Assembly (NCBI GenBank): GCA_964595645.1
Contig: CAZQQT010000003.1
Span: forward strand, 157,636 to 221,635
Length of the DNA: 64,000 bases
Direction of reading: 5' to 3'
DNA from: an uncultured Thermococci archaeon
Lineage (GTDB): Archaea > Methanobacteriota_B > Thermococci > Methanofastidiosales > B48-G16
Part shown: piece after piece, positions 19,265-29,248 of the stretch
How the letters are laid out: each line of letters begins with the position of its first letter
Numbering within the stretch: the first letter of the stretch is position 1
Translations under genes and position numbers: made by a program
The notes under the pieces: model-generated
The model's input: the letters and a program-made list of their open reading frames with translations, nothing else
What the model was told of the DNA's origin: nothing
Databases searched by the model: none

Positions 19265-19813
19265 ATGAATTCACATGTATTTCGTCCAGAGAAAGAACTA
19301 AAAAAATACTACAGACTCATTGCAGGAATTGTGTATGGAATTCTCTTTATTCCCGCAATCATCATTCTGCCGTTTTCTATTTTGGGTGCGGTGATCTACG
19401 CTGTGCCAATTGTGATCCTTTTGTGGTTCACCCTGTACTGGATCTCCCGATTTTACGATACATTGGAGTATCGTGTCACTGATGAACATGTAACGGTAAA
19501 GAAAGGTGTCTGGTGGGAGAAAGAGACCACGGTACCTATGGAGATGATTACCAACGTCGACAAGACACAGAATCCTTTTGAGCGGTGGTATGGGATTGGA
19601 AAAGTCCATGTACAGACTGCAGGGGCCGGCGGCACCCAAGCAACGCGTGCAGAGGCTGTATTCCTCGGCGTAAAGAGCATGGACGAGATTAAAGAAGAGG
19701 TCGCCCTGCGAGCAAAAGGTGTAAAGAGCCCCACAGAACTGAAAAGTGAAGAATCACTGTTAAATGAGATTCGTGAAGAACTTGTAGAAATAAAAGAAAT
19801 ACTAAAAAAATAA
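19265..19813 (+). CDS. Membrane protein with bacterial PH domain (bPH_2/YdbS-like)
   Basis: Two TM helices, then Y..T....VKKG.W......VP...I..V...Q.P.ER.YG.G.V.V.TAG. Confidence 0.85.
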   Translation: MNSHVFRPEKELKKYYRLIAGIVYGILFIPAIIILPFSILGAVIYAVPIVILLWFTLYWISRFYDTLEYRVTDEHVTVKKGVWWEKETTVPMEMITNVDKTQNPFERWYGIGKVHVQTAGAGGTQATRAEAVFLGVKSMDEIKEEVALRAKGVKSPTELKSEESLLNEIREELVEIKEILKK

Positions 19814-19824
19814 AGAAAGGAAAA

Positions 19825-21186
19825 TTACCACTCTGTTCGCAGTGTGTAGGTAAGTATTGCTTCGTCATCTGCTGGGACATCCACGTGCCATACGAGTGTT
19901 TGCGCGTCCTCTTTTTTCCAGTTATGAGAAGATGACACTACTTCCCAGTCGCCCCACGCGTGTTCGAGGACCGTGATGGTTACGTCTTCATCTTTGTGGT
20001 TCCGTAGTGAGACCTCGTAGCTCACTTCGAGGACATCGTCACCGATTCTGTTGTATTTTGTCTGTTTCTTCTCTCCAACAAGATCAAAAGCGTCTCCGAG
20101 ATATATTCGTATTTTCTCATCCTTCGGAGTATGGTCGATGCTATCTTCACCAATGAACTGCATTTGTCCTTCCGAATCTTTTTTGTAGACACGTACCGTT
20201 CCTTTTGGAAGTGGCATACCCATGTTATTCTTTTCAGTGTTCTCTAGGCTCAACATCGTCTTTATATCGGTGGTACTCGTCCCGCTGTAGAAGTAGCCTG
20301 TGTCAAAAACATACTCCTTGTCCACCGATACATTATCTGTCTCGAACAGTGTCAGCTGTTTCTGCTGGTTATTTAGAATGTCTGTGGTGCGATCGAGGGT
20401 GTACATGTGGTATTCAAAGAGTTCCTCCTCTACAAACTGAGGACCGGCCTCTTGAGCTTTTTCTACCTCGTATACTGGCACTGGCGGTTGTTCCTCTACT
20501 CTGTGGACCTCACCAGCCACGAGTTTGAGCTTCGCATTCTTGTATGTGGCACCACTTGTATTGTCGATAGTTACCCAGCTCGAGAGATCAACGTTGGTAT
20601 CCTCATAGTTGACTACTGCAACGTAGTCTGCCTTCCAGTTCAAACCAGACGTCATGTACGAGAGCTGCATGGTATGAGTACCGCCTTTCTCCGTGTCAAG
20701 AAGCCATTTCAGTGTCGGTTTTGTGATAAGCCCTTCAGGAAGCGTAGGGAGTGATACTTCCTCCGGTTTGAGAATGTGAATACCTTTCTCATTCTGTAGT
20801 ATTAGCTCACTGCCCGAGTAACTCAGTAGTGTACCCTTCGTTGTTTTTCCATTTTTGTCCACAAGTGTGATCTCCTTGCCGATGTACTTTTCGTAGATCT
20901 TCTCCTTGCTGACAATATCGTAGAGATAGTTCTGCTCTAGCACAGATGTGTCAGCAGTCATATCTTTGATACTCACCGACGTGGGATCGATCTGCTCTGC
21001 CACATCCTGGATCATGACTGTGGTTGTTCCACGCTGAAGATCTATCTCTCTGGTCTCTTTCACCACACCAAAGTTTTGGTTGTATACGGTGACCTCTGTC
21101 TGTTGCGCCACATCCTCTCCTGTGACGCATGCGGACACTGCGAGTATTCCGATAAGTCCTGCCAGCAACAATATTTTATGGTTCAT
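19825..21186 (-). CDS. DUF4139-family exported (lipo)protein
   Basis: VSAC lipobox, VTVYN..FG.VKE.R, LEQNY.YD, Y.T.GL.W.ADY, LP.G.VRVY, I.HTP..E. Confidence 0.85.
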   Translation of the reverse strand: MNHKILLLAGLIGILAVSACVTGEDVAQQTEVTVYNQNFGVVKETREIDLQRGTTTVMIQDVAEQIDPTSVSIKDMTADTSVLEQNYLYDIVSKEKIYEKYIGKEITLVDKNGKTTKGTLLSYSGSELILQNEKGIHILKPEEVSLPTLPEGLITKPTLKWLLDTEKGGTHTMQLSYMTSGLNWKADYVAVVNYEDTNVDLSSWVTIDNTSGATYKNAKLKLVAGEVHRVEEQPPVPVYEVEKAQEAGPQFVEEELFEYHMYTLDRTTDILNNQQKQLTLFETDNVSVDKEYVFDTGYFYSGTSTTDIKTMLSLENTEKNNMGMPLPKGTVRVYKKDSEGQMQFIGEDSIDHTPKDEKIRIYLGDAFDLVGEKKQTKYNRIGDDVLEVSYEVSLRNHKDEDVTITVLEHAWGDWEVVSSSHNWKKEDAQTLVWHVDVPADDEAILTYTLRTEW

Positions 21187-21257
21187 ATTAATCACCGCTT
21201 TCCTCTGAAGATTTGTGGATATTTAAAGTTTTGCTTATACTTCAATAATTATTGAAC

Positions 21258-22463
21258 TTATAAAAGATAGTATAAAATTACCGGGAAGAGAATGACACCC
21301 ATACAATGTGACTTTTTCACGCCGAAGAGATGGGGAAGCACGCCGATGCAAAGGGCAGTGACGAGAACGATCAGTCCTGCGAGTCCGGTAAGTGCCACAA
21401 CAGCCACGGTAAGAAACGCGACAATGACAACGGAAAGTTGTGTATAAGGTAATTTCTGAACAAGATAGACCATTCCCCTTCCCATCTGCAACGTAAGTAC
21501 CACGGCAATGCCTGAGCTAAATAGTACGACGGCGAGAAAGAGGAGGAGTTCGTTTTTACCGAGATCTATAATGTGTTGAATCGCGATCACAGCACCGGAT
21601 CGTGGTTTCTGTATGGTGTAGAGCGCAAGAAGAGAAAAAAGCGCGTTGCTTGTATTCACACCGGAACAGGCAATAATGAATCCTCTGCTCCCATAGAGTT
21701 TCTTTTTTACCTTGCCCATTTGTACCAGTACCGTGGCCTGTGCATTGCCGAGTCCTGGAAAAAATGCCACAAACATCCCTGCTAACGATCCTTTGCATAT
21801 ATTTTTGAGTATCTCCTTTTTGGGAATGAGAAGACGGAAGTCTATTGGCTGAATAGGGATACTGCTGTCATTTTTCACGCTGAACAAGAGGAGACTAAGA
21901 CCGAAAAGTCCCGTAAACACAGGAAATAACTTTTGATCTTCAGGAAGAAAATGGCCATTGAGCACGAGATATCCAAGTATCCCTGAAAGAAGATATACCA
22001 ACAGTGCGTAGAGTCTTTTAATTCCATCTTCCGTGAAAATGAGTACGCCGCTAATGCCAACCAAAAAATATCCCATATATGGGGATATTGTCTTGTAAAG
22101 AACTGGCATGAGTAGATACACAGGATAGAGTATCAAGAAAGCAACGAGCATCGAGCCCATGCTCCCCAACGCTGTGAGTTTTATCGCTTCTAGTCCTCGT
22201 CCCTCAAGAAGCATTCTATGGGCAGGCAACACACTGAGGGCTGTCGTCTCGTCAGGTACCCCCAGAAGAGTAGAGGGAATGAAATTAAGGAAAGTGTGAG
22301 TCATCATTAAGGCAACGATCATCACGCAAGTCACAAGAGAAGGATTAAGAAGATAAAAAAAGGGAATAAGTGTGTTCACATGAATTCCCGGAATTAATCC
22401 AGTAATCGTTCCTAACCCTATGCCCATAAGGGCATAGAGAATATACTCTCCACCACCTACCAT
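21258..22463 (-). CDS. TctA-family (archaeal DUF112) membrane protein
   Basis: GLIPGIHVN, FIPS.LLGVPD..TALSVLP.H....GRG, PRSG. Confidence 0.88.
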   Translation of the reverse strand: MVGGGEYILYALMGIGLGTITGLIPGIHVNTLIPFFYLLNPSLVTCVMIVALMMTHTFLNFIPSTLLGVPDETTALSVLPAHRMLLEGRGLEAIKLTALGSMGSMLVAFLILYPVYLLMPVLYKTISPYMGYFLVGISGVLIFTEDGIKRLYALLVYLLSGILGYLVLNGHFLPEDQKLFPVFTGLFGLSLLLFSVKNDSSIPIQPIDFRLLIPKKEILKNICKGSLAGMFVAFFPGLGNAQATVLVQMGKVKKKLYGSRGFIIACSGVNTSNALFSLLALYTIQKPRSGAVIAIQHIIDLGKNELLLFLAVVLFSSGIAVVLTLQMGRGMVYLVQKLPYTQLSVVIVAFLTVAVVALTGLAGLIVLVTALCIGVLPHLFGVKKSHCMGVILFPVILYYLL

Positions 22464-22511
22464 TCCTCCTATATACGTTTCCTTGTTTATAAATATTACG
22501 TTTTGTGTTGC

Positions 22512-23324
22512 TCAGACATCATCAGTATCGATCTCATTCAGTGAATGGAGCACTCGTCCTTCCATTCCTCCGCTGACTGTGATGATCTCACCTGAAATAT
22601 GGCCTGCAAGCGTATCTGACGAAAGGAAAAGAATCGTTCTCGCAATATCCTCGGGACGAGCAACTTTTTTGAGTGCGACAGTTTGAAGTGCTTTTTTCAC
22701 CAGTGTTTCATTTTGCATGGAGTTCTCTGTCATCCCCGTGATAGTCCATCCGGGACAGACTGCATTCACCCTTCCAGACGAAACAATATGTACAATTTCA
22801 TTTTTGAGTGAGCGTGTAAGCCCATGGGTAATCCCTGCCTTTGCTGTTGCGTAATCACTATGACCCGCTTCTCCAAATATTGCTGCTGTAGAACCAACTA
22901 CAATAAGTGATGCTGTTTCCGGCCGGGTACGTGCCAACATTCGGAAAAATTCTCTGCTACAGAGAAATACAGATGTTGCATCCGTTGTGATTGTGCGGTT
23001 CCAATGGTCCAGAGACATCTCGTGAATGGGAATGTCCTCTTCTGGCCAGATACCCGCATTAGCAATGAGAATATCGATGCCTCCGAACGCCTCATAGGCT
23101 TTTTCAAACATCTGCTGTACGTCGTCTTCATTCGTCACGTCCGCCTGCACACCGAGTGTCTCAACAGGAAGTTCCTCTTGAAGCTCTCTTATCTTCATCA
23201 TACTACTTCTCCCTTGAAGCACAAGTTTTGCACCCTCCTGTGCAAACTCTCTGGCAGTTGCAGCTCCGATACCACCTGATGCACCCGTAATAAGAACAAC
23301 TTTATCTGCAAGACCTGTTTCCAT
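22512..23324 (-). CDS. Short-chain dehydrogenase/reductase
   Basis: TGASGGIG, NAG, S...YATAK, VNAVCPG. Confidence 0.93.
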   Translation of the reverse strand: METGLADKVVLITGASGGIGAATAREFAQEGAKLVLQGRSSMMKIRELQEELPVETLGVQADVTNEDDVQQMFEKAYEAFGGIDILIANAGIWPEEDIPIHEMSLDHWNRTITTDATSVFLCSREFFRMLARTRPETASLIVVGSTAAIFGEAGHSDYATAKAGITHGLTRSLKNEIVHIVSSGRVNAVCPGWTITGMTENSMQNETLVKKALQTVALKKVARPEDIARTILFLSSDTLAGHISGEIITVSGGMEGRVLHSLNEIDTDDV

Positions 23325-23487
23325 ATCTATCTCCTCTCGTGTATACCGGGAGTACCTTCTTTTTTAAAGTTTGCATTATTAATCAATACGAATAGTCTTT
23401 TTCATTGATAAGATTTATAGGAAAAAAATTCTTAAAAATAGACATTATAAGGAAAAAGTTTAAATAGTAGTAACTATAACAAAGATT

Positions 23488-23545
23488 GTACGGCCGTATG
23501 AGAGGAGATCTATGCCCCTCCTTTATCTCCTCTCTTCCTTTTTTA
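23488..23545 (+). ncRNA. Candidate small RNA (TATA box, 10-bp hairpin, oligo-T)
   Basis: BRE/TATA GAAAAAG-TTTAAATA at ~23452-23466; perfect stem 23500-23509/23525-23534; T6 at 23539-23544; no plausible + strand gene follows. Confidence 0.4.
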
Positions 23546-23570
23546 TACAAGTTAGAAAAGAAAAGAGAGA

Positions 23571-23930
23571 TTATTCAACAATTTCCATATGAGGTTCATC
23601 TTTTTTCGGAATCATGCAGAGGAATACCGCGTCCTCATCGCCTTCGTTTTCGTACCAGTGAGGTGTGTTTTCAGGGATATATACCACATCACCAGCTTCT
23701 ACCACAGTAACTTCATCGCCCACATACAGTTTCAGTTTTCCCTTCAGGACGTACTGTTCATGCTCATAGTTGTTATGGTAGTGTTTTGGCATGGAGCCCC
23801 CGGGGTGCATGGTGAATCTTCGCATATAAAAGTTCTTTCCTGCATTCTTTCCTATCATCCACTGAATTTCTGTTTTCTCTGCGATCTCTACATCTTCCCT
23901 TTTTATCTCATCAGCCTTTTTCACGTACAT
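23571..23930 (-). CDS. Cupin-domain protein
   Basis: FYMRRF...PGG.MP.H.H...EHEQYVL.G, IP...PHWY.N. Confidence 0.9.
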   Translation of the reverse strand: MYVKKADEIKREDVEIAEKTEIQWMIGKNAGKNFYMRRFTMHPGGSMPKHYHNNYEHEQYVLKGKLKLYVGDEVTVVEAGDVVYIPENTPHWYENEGDEDAVFLCMIPKKDEPHMEIVE

Positions 23931-23975
23931 ACGGATCACCTACATCGTATTCATAGGCGCGTGTAATAAATGTTT

Positions 23976-24623
23976 CTAATGCAACATCCGGTATATCATT
24001 TTTGCCCTTTTTTCTCCGATACCCTCCACTTCTTGCAACTCCTTTTTCGAGGCAGTGGCAATAGAAGCGATAGACTCGAAGTGGGCAAAAAGATTTTTCG
24101 CTAAGGTATTCCCGATATATGGCAATGACGCCAGAATGTATATTTTTTTATCTTTTTCAGGGAGATCGCCCCGTAACCGTTTTCGATACCACCGTTCCTG
24201 CGGTATCTTTTCATTGGACTCTTTCCGTTCTCGTTGGACAAGCACCCTAAAAAACTCTTTAAATTCACTGTCATTTTTCACGGTCACAATAGGAATTTCA
24301 TAGACAAACAGGATCTCCATAAACGCACCAAAAATCTGTGCCCGTTCGATGAATGGATCGAACTCTCCATGGATCACGAGCATTCGTCGAGTTATTTTGT
24401 ACAGACCGACTGTATCATTTTTTATCATTTTCAAAAGCTGTTCCCATAATCGGTTGCTTCGTATTGAGGAAACAAAATCTGAAGGAGATTTTCTCTCTAT
24501 CAGTACCCCCTTATTCCCCTTGAGAACGAGTATATCACCCACAGAGAGCTGGGCCATCTCCGGATCGTACTCCAGTAGAAGATCCACAATACATGACTCT
24601 CTGTTGTCGAGTACAATATCCAT
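23976..24623 (-). CDS. ERCC4/XPF-type nuclease with HhH2 domain, no helicase part
   Basis: D.RE, L.VGD, IERKS..DF..SI...RL..Q, LPYIG...A, VEGIG..RA. Confidence 0.9.
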   Translation of the reverse strand: MDIVLDNRESCIVDLLLEYDPEMAQLSVGDILVLKGNKGVLIERKSPSDFVSSIRSNRLWEQLLKMIKNDTVGLYKITRRMLVIHGEFDPFIERAQIFGAFMEILFVYEIPIVTVKNDSEFKEFFRVLVQRERKESNEKIPQERWYRKRLRGDLPEKDKKIYILASLPYIGNTLAKNLFAHFESIASIATASKKELQEVEGIGEKRAKMIYRMLH

Positions 24624-24672
24624 GGAGAATATATCTCCAGTATATTTTTAAATTCTTGGGAGCATACAGACC

Positions 24673-25092
24673 ATGGACAAAATTACCGTGAAAAGGCTGA
24701 AATCCGACGAGGAACGTAAAAAAATATACGATGATATTGCATTTCTCATCTATAATGAAAAAAATGAAGAAAAAATAAAGGAACTTTCCAATTATTTCTA
24801 TGAAAAGTCTGCTATATACTCTGACAAGGAGTATTCATACTATTCCTTTGGTTTTTACATTTTATTAAACAGTTTTTTTGTTGAGAAAGAGGAATATAGT
24901 CCATTAAAGGCTTTAAAGTACGCAAAAGAGAACAAAGAGGAGAAAATGATAGACTCTCTTTCCCAATTTGCGCGGTACGCTGTACGGGTGCGGAATGTCC
25001 AACACTACTCCATTGAACCAGAAAGCTCCCTCGAGACATTGTGGTTGTACAGTCTCACGGTAATAAAACATGTGGTAGAGTCGTACAAGTGA
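24673..25092 (+). CDS. Hypothetical protein
   Basis: 139-aa ORF 4 nt upstream of the next gene; no motif recognised. Confidence 0.65.
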   Translation: MDKITVKRLKSDEERKKIYDDIAFLIYNEKNEEKIKELSNYFYEKSAIYSDKEYSYYSFGFYILLNSFFVEKEEYSPLKALKYAKENKEEKMIDSLSQFARYAVRVRNVQHYSIEPESSLETLWLYSLTVIKHVVESYK

Positions 25093-25096
25093 TACC

Positions 25097-26161
25097 ATGG
25101 TCTGTGAGTACCGGTATGGGCCAGAGGCAATGGAATACCTCAAAAAGATGCCAGATATTTCCTATTCTGAATGGCGAAATTTTGTGAGAGAAAAATTCAG
25201 AAAAAAGAATGGAGAAGAACTGGCACATGCTGGGAAAGTGGCATACTATGCGTGGAGAAATCTTGGTAGGGATCTAACACTTTCGCTCGAAGAAAAAAAT
25301 GATGTATCTTTTGAATTCGAAGCGCCTCAGTTTGAGGATCTTGAACAAATCGATGAAACATCCGCGGAAGAGGCGAAAAAGATAGGGGAAGAGGTCTATG
25401 GTAAGGCACCCAAGGAGGTCATGCAGTTTAACACGTCAAGAAAACCCTTTTTAATGGTATTTGAGGAAGATTATCACGCCCCTCGAATGGTAATAGTAAA
25501 AAAAAGTGGATTGTTTTCCCGAGAGGAAATGCTAGCATCGAAGATTTATCGCTATCTCGGTGCAAGGGTGTTTGATATTACCAAGGAGAATGGGAGACTT
25601 TTTATTGAATGGCTGGACGGGGTGGACTGTCATGCAATGGAACGCATATCAACAGAGAAAGTAGCCTTTAATTTCGTGTACTACCTTGGAAAAGCTGCTG
25701 CAGACGCCCACTGCATTGGTCTGGGAGATAGATTCCACAATGAACGTGCGAATCTCTCAATTTTGAAGAGTGAAATCGTGGAAGAGTTCAGGGATGACGT
25801 GTTTAACCCCATATACAACATAGATTATGAGTTTGCCTTTCTGAGAGAGCGGTTGAGGAGAACACCGGAGGAAGATCTCATTACTGTCTGGATGACATTC
25901 AAAAAAATAGGGCTTGAAAACATTGCTGATGAGATAACCGAGTCCCAACTGGAGCATCTCATTGCAAAGTATATAGAAGGGTTCCACAAACGATATCGGG
26001 AAATACAGGAAAGTTATCAGATAAACAAGGGGAAAGTAGATGAACTTCTCAGGACATATGATGAAGAGGTACTCCATCTCTGTAAAACACGGTTTGAAAC
26101 AAACGTGGACGAACTTGTTGAAAGATTAGAGGAGATACTCGCCTCCACATTTTTTGATTAG
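25097..26161 (+). CDS. Hypothetical protein with PI3K/PI4K/PIKK-like (atypical kinase) motifs
   Basis: Collinear motifs TSRKPFLM, VIVK, E.LA, FIEW, IGLGDRFHN, NIDYEFAF. Confidence 0.6.
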   Translation: MVCEYRYGPEAMEYLKKMPDISYSEWRNFVREKFRKKNGEELAHAGKVAYYAWRNLGRDLTLSLEEKNDVSFEFEAPQFEDLEQIDETSAEEAKKIGEEVYGKAPKEVMQFNTSRKPFLMVFEEDYHAPRMVIVKKSGLFSREEMLASKIYRYLGARVFDITKENGRLFIEWLDGVDCHAMERISTEKVAFNFVYYLGKAAADAHCIGLGDRFHNERANLSILKSEIVEEFRDDVFNPIYNIDYEFAFLRERLRRTPEEDLITVWMTFKKIGLENIADEITESQLEHLIAKYIEGFHKRYREIQESYQINKGKVDELLRTYDEEVLHLCKTRFETNVDELVERLEEILASTFFD

Positions 26162-26195
26162 AAAGATATATAAGATTCAATTATACGATGTATAT

Positions 26196-27209
26196 ATGAA
26201 TCTCTCGGATAAAGACAAGGCGATAGTTGCATTAATAGCTATGGTACTAATCACCCTTCTTGTAAGTTACTCTGCAAGCTTCCATATTTTGAGGCTCAAA
26301 ACAGAAAAAAGCAACTATATAATAATTACGCGTAATATCGATAGTAGTGGAGAGTTGAAAGAGCTCTTAACAGAAAAAGATAGTACAATTAGTAATTTAG
26401 AGCACGAGGTAGAAAAACTGAACAGTGAAAAAAACAACTTAATGTCAAAGGTTGAAGAAAAAAATGAGACGATTGAAGAAAAAGAACAAGAAATTGACGA
26501 AATGAAAAAAAATGTTGAAGAACTTCATAAGGAAAATGAGCTCTATACCGCATCAGCGAAAAGGTTGTCGAATGTACTGCGGAGATACAACTATAAACTA
26601 AAAGAGACTATTGAGGAATATCAAAAAGATCCGAGAAAGTTTATAAAAGAATCTAAGGAACTCGAAACCATGGTTGAAGATATAGAAAAAGAGAATTTTT
26701 TGGAAGATCTATATGAATATATCGTAACCAATTTCTATTACTACTACGATCCTTTTACCGTCACATCCGAAGGTGTGCAGGAGTGGAACTTCTTTTTAGC
26801 GTATGATCTAAAGGAGAAAATATGGATAAAAGTGCCCCTTGACAGGGAAGAACTTCTCCTGAGCTCTCTTCCCGAAACAATATTCTATCCCAAAGAAACA
26901 ATAGAGTTGGGAGGTGGAGATTGTGAGGATCTCACAATTCTCTATGCTGCTGCGTGTATTTCTCAGGGATATGATGCAAAAATCTATGTCATTGATATCA
27001 CCTCGAAGAACTCACTACTTCAGCCCATTTCTCACACCCTTGTTATTGTCGATAACACACTTGTAGACATTACCATGGATCAATATATCACAGGAAAAAA
27101 TCTATTTCAACAGTATGGAAATTCCATCAATGCAGAAAAAATCACGCTCGCAAAAATATACGATAATAAAACTATAGAAGACAAAAATACAGTCGTTTAT
27201 TCTACGTAA
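26196..27209 (+). CDS. Membrane-anchored coiled-coil protein with transglutaminase-like domain
   Basis: N-terminal TM, heptad coiled coil, then PKET....GDCED, H.L and D triad. Confidence 0.8.
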   Translation: MNLSDKDKAIVALIAMVLITLLVSYSASFHILRLKTEKSNYIIITRNIDSSGELKELLTEKDSTISNLEHEVEKLNSEKNNLMSKVEEKNETIEEKEQEIDEMKKNVEELHKENELYTASAKRLSNVLRRYNYKLKETIEEYQKDPRKFIKESKELETMVEDIEKENFLEDLYEYIVTNFYYYYDPFTVTSEGVQEWNFFLAYDLKEKIWIKVPLDREELLLSSLPETIFYPKETIELGGGDCEDLTILYAAACISQGYDAKIYVIDITSKNSLLQPISHTLVIVDNTLVDITMDQYITGKNLFQQYGNSINAEKITLAKIYDNKTIEDKNTVVYST

Positions 27210-28615
27210 ATCGTGAGAAGAAGCGTATCGTGGGCAAAGGGGGCCTCGGCGTTCAGTGTAAGAGTATACTCTCCATCTTCAATGGTATCTGAAATTTTCA
27301 GTGTGATTGTAAAAGCCTCTACGGATAATCGCTCTATATCTGTACTTTTTGGCGATACATCTATGCTCATGCCCTCCGGTGTTTCTATTGTGAGGATGAC
27401 ATCATGCGCTGTTAATATACCTGTGTTCGACACGCCTATTTCCAAGGTATGGGTACCCTCTTCGAGGGAAAGTGTTCCTATTCTCTTTCCATCTTGTACA
27501 GCATAGGTTCCTCCAGAAGCAACGTGTGCAATGGTAATATCGAAGATCCGCTCTATAGGGGGATATACAGTCGACACTTCCTCCTCTCGGAGATGTGGAG
27601 GCGGTGTTTCAGTCCAGGGATAGAAATGTACATTTACAGAAATCCTATCTCCCGCCCCATCAGCTTTCATGCCTGTTATCGGATCAGTGACACCGCCGCT
27701 AGGACCATTGGTATCGCCCCACCAGTTGTGAGTCGCATCCACAAAGGCTTGAGAGTGCACGCCGTAGTCTGCGTTTTCATAAATATAGTTGTGATGAATT
27801 TCATTATTTGTATCATCTGTGTTCTGAATGTCTATACCATCATCGGTATTATATTTAATTGTATTTTCGGTGATGGTGTTATTCTTACTCCCGCCCCAGC
27901 TGGTACTAATACCATCAGTGTTATACGAAATCTCGTTACGTGAAACTGTATGATTATTACTACCGAACATGAAACTTATACCAGTGATCTTACTGTGGTA
28001 GATACTATTATCAGAAATAACATAGTTATGACCGCCGTAAATCCACACGCCACCATCGTTGTATGACATCGTGTTTCCGATAATAATGTTATTATTGCTC
28101 GTACCGGTGCACCATACAGCGGAACCTCCAGGACCATTGTGGGAGATAATATTGTCAGAAATAGTAATGTTGCTGGCGCTACTGAGATGTATTGGATAAC
28201 TACTGTGGGTGATAATATTATCAGAGATCGTGCAGTCTTCGTTGTTTCTCAGTTGCACAGCTTTACTCTTACAGTTTTGGATAGTGAAGCCTGTAATTGT
28301 CACTGAATCTACGGTAACGTAAAATCCCTTTCCATTTCCCGGCTCAAGCACTGTCGTATCTTTATCTTTGCCAAGGAGATCAATTGACTTATTAATCAAA
28401 ACATTTTCGGCGTATGTTCCTGCTGCCACGTGAACAGTGCCGCCGATTGCAACAGCATCGATACCTTCTTGGATCGTATTGAAGTGATCGTGTCCATTAT
28501 CTGGACCATCGTCATCCACCCATACTTCCAAAGGTTGTGCCTGGGATGGAACTACTACCATCATCAAAGAAATTAAAACTACAATTACCACAAATTTTTT
28601 TGCGATGTTTTTCAT
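27197..28615 (-). CDS. Secreted right-handed beta-helix (NosD/CASH-like) protein with C-terminal Ig-like domain
   Basis: Signal peptide, TIQEGID, V.V..GTY.ENV.I.K, repeated ISDN.I units, DA..NWWG...GP. Confidence 0.85.
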   Translation of the reverse strand: MKNIAKKFVVIVVLISLMMVVVPSQAQPLEVWVDDDGPDNGHDHFNTIQEGIDAVAIGGTVHVAAGTYAENVLINKSIDLLGKDKDTTVLEPGNGKGFYVTVDSVTITGFTIQNCKSKAVQLRNNEDCTISDNIITHSSYPIHLSSASNITISDNIISHNGPGGSAVWCTGTSNNNIIIGNTMSYNDGGVWIYGGHNYVISDNSIYHSKITGISFMFGSNNHTVSRNEISYNTDGISTSWGGSKNNTITENTIKYNTDDGIDIQNTDDTNNEIHHNYIYENADYGVHSQAFVDATHNWWGDTNGPSGGVTDPITGMKADGAGDRISVNVHFYPWTETPPPHLREEEVSTVYPPIERIFDITIAHVASGGTYAVQDGKRIGTLSLEEGTHTLEIGVSNTGILTAHDVILTIETPEGMSIDVSPKSTDIERLSVEAFTITLKISDTIEDGEYTLTLNAEAPFAHDTLLLTIYVE

Positions 28616-28816
28616 TGTTTCCTCTCTCTCCTATAAAGGAATACGTCAAATATGTTTAAAAAGCTTTTTATTTTCGTTAAAATGGTCTAAGATAATTTAA
28701 GTTATAAAAAAATGCAATATGCTATAAAAATTGCGATATGTTTTTATGTATCAATTCGTTATATTTCCAAAACAGTACAGATGGAACGAGATAATATCAG
28801 GATAATATGTGATACC

Positions 28817-29248
28817 ATGAAAGTTGTTGTTGCAGGTACATTCGATATCCTCCATCCAGGCCATATCTATTTCCTAAAAGAAGCGAGTAGTCATGGAGAC
28901 CTACATGTAATAATAGCAAGAGACGAAAATGTAAAGAAAATCAAAGGAAAAAAACCTATATTCAATGAAAATGAAAGAAAACTGATCATTGAGAGTATAA
29001 AATTTGTGAAAAAAGCATATTTAGGAGATAAAAAGGATTTTTTTAAAGTTATAGAAAAAATAGAACCTGACATTATTTTTTTAGGTCCCGATCAAGATAA
29101 AGAGTGGGTAGAACTTGAACTCCAAAAAAGATCGCTGGAGGGTACGGTTATGCAATTAGAATATCGAGAGAACTACAGCTCCTCCGGAACACTCGAAGTA
29201 GTACGAAGACGCTACGAGAGAGCAAATAAGGAGGGGGAAGGAGGCTGA
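28817..29248 (+). CDS. ribL: Archaeal FAD synthase (cytidylyltransferase family)
   Basis: GTFDILHPGH, VIIARD, ER...., PDII.LGPDQ, SSS. Confidence 0.85.
   Translation: MKVVVAGTFDILHPGHIYFLKEASSHGDLHVIIARDENVKKIKGKKPIFNENERKLIIESIKFVKKAYLGDKKDFFKVIEKIEPDIIFLGPDQDKEWVELELQKRSLEGTVMQLEYRENYSSSGTLEVVRRRYERANKEGEGG

Noticed and set aside
27780-28260. Quasi-repetitive ATTATCAGA-like units
   Set aside because: Explained by the ISDN-I repeats of the beta-helix protein.
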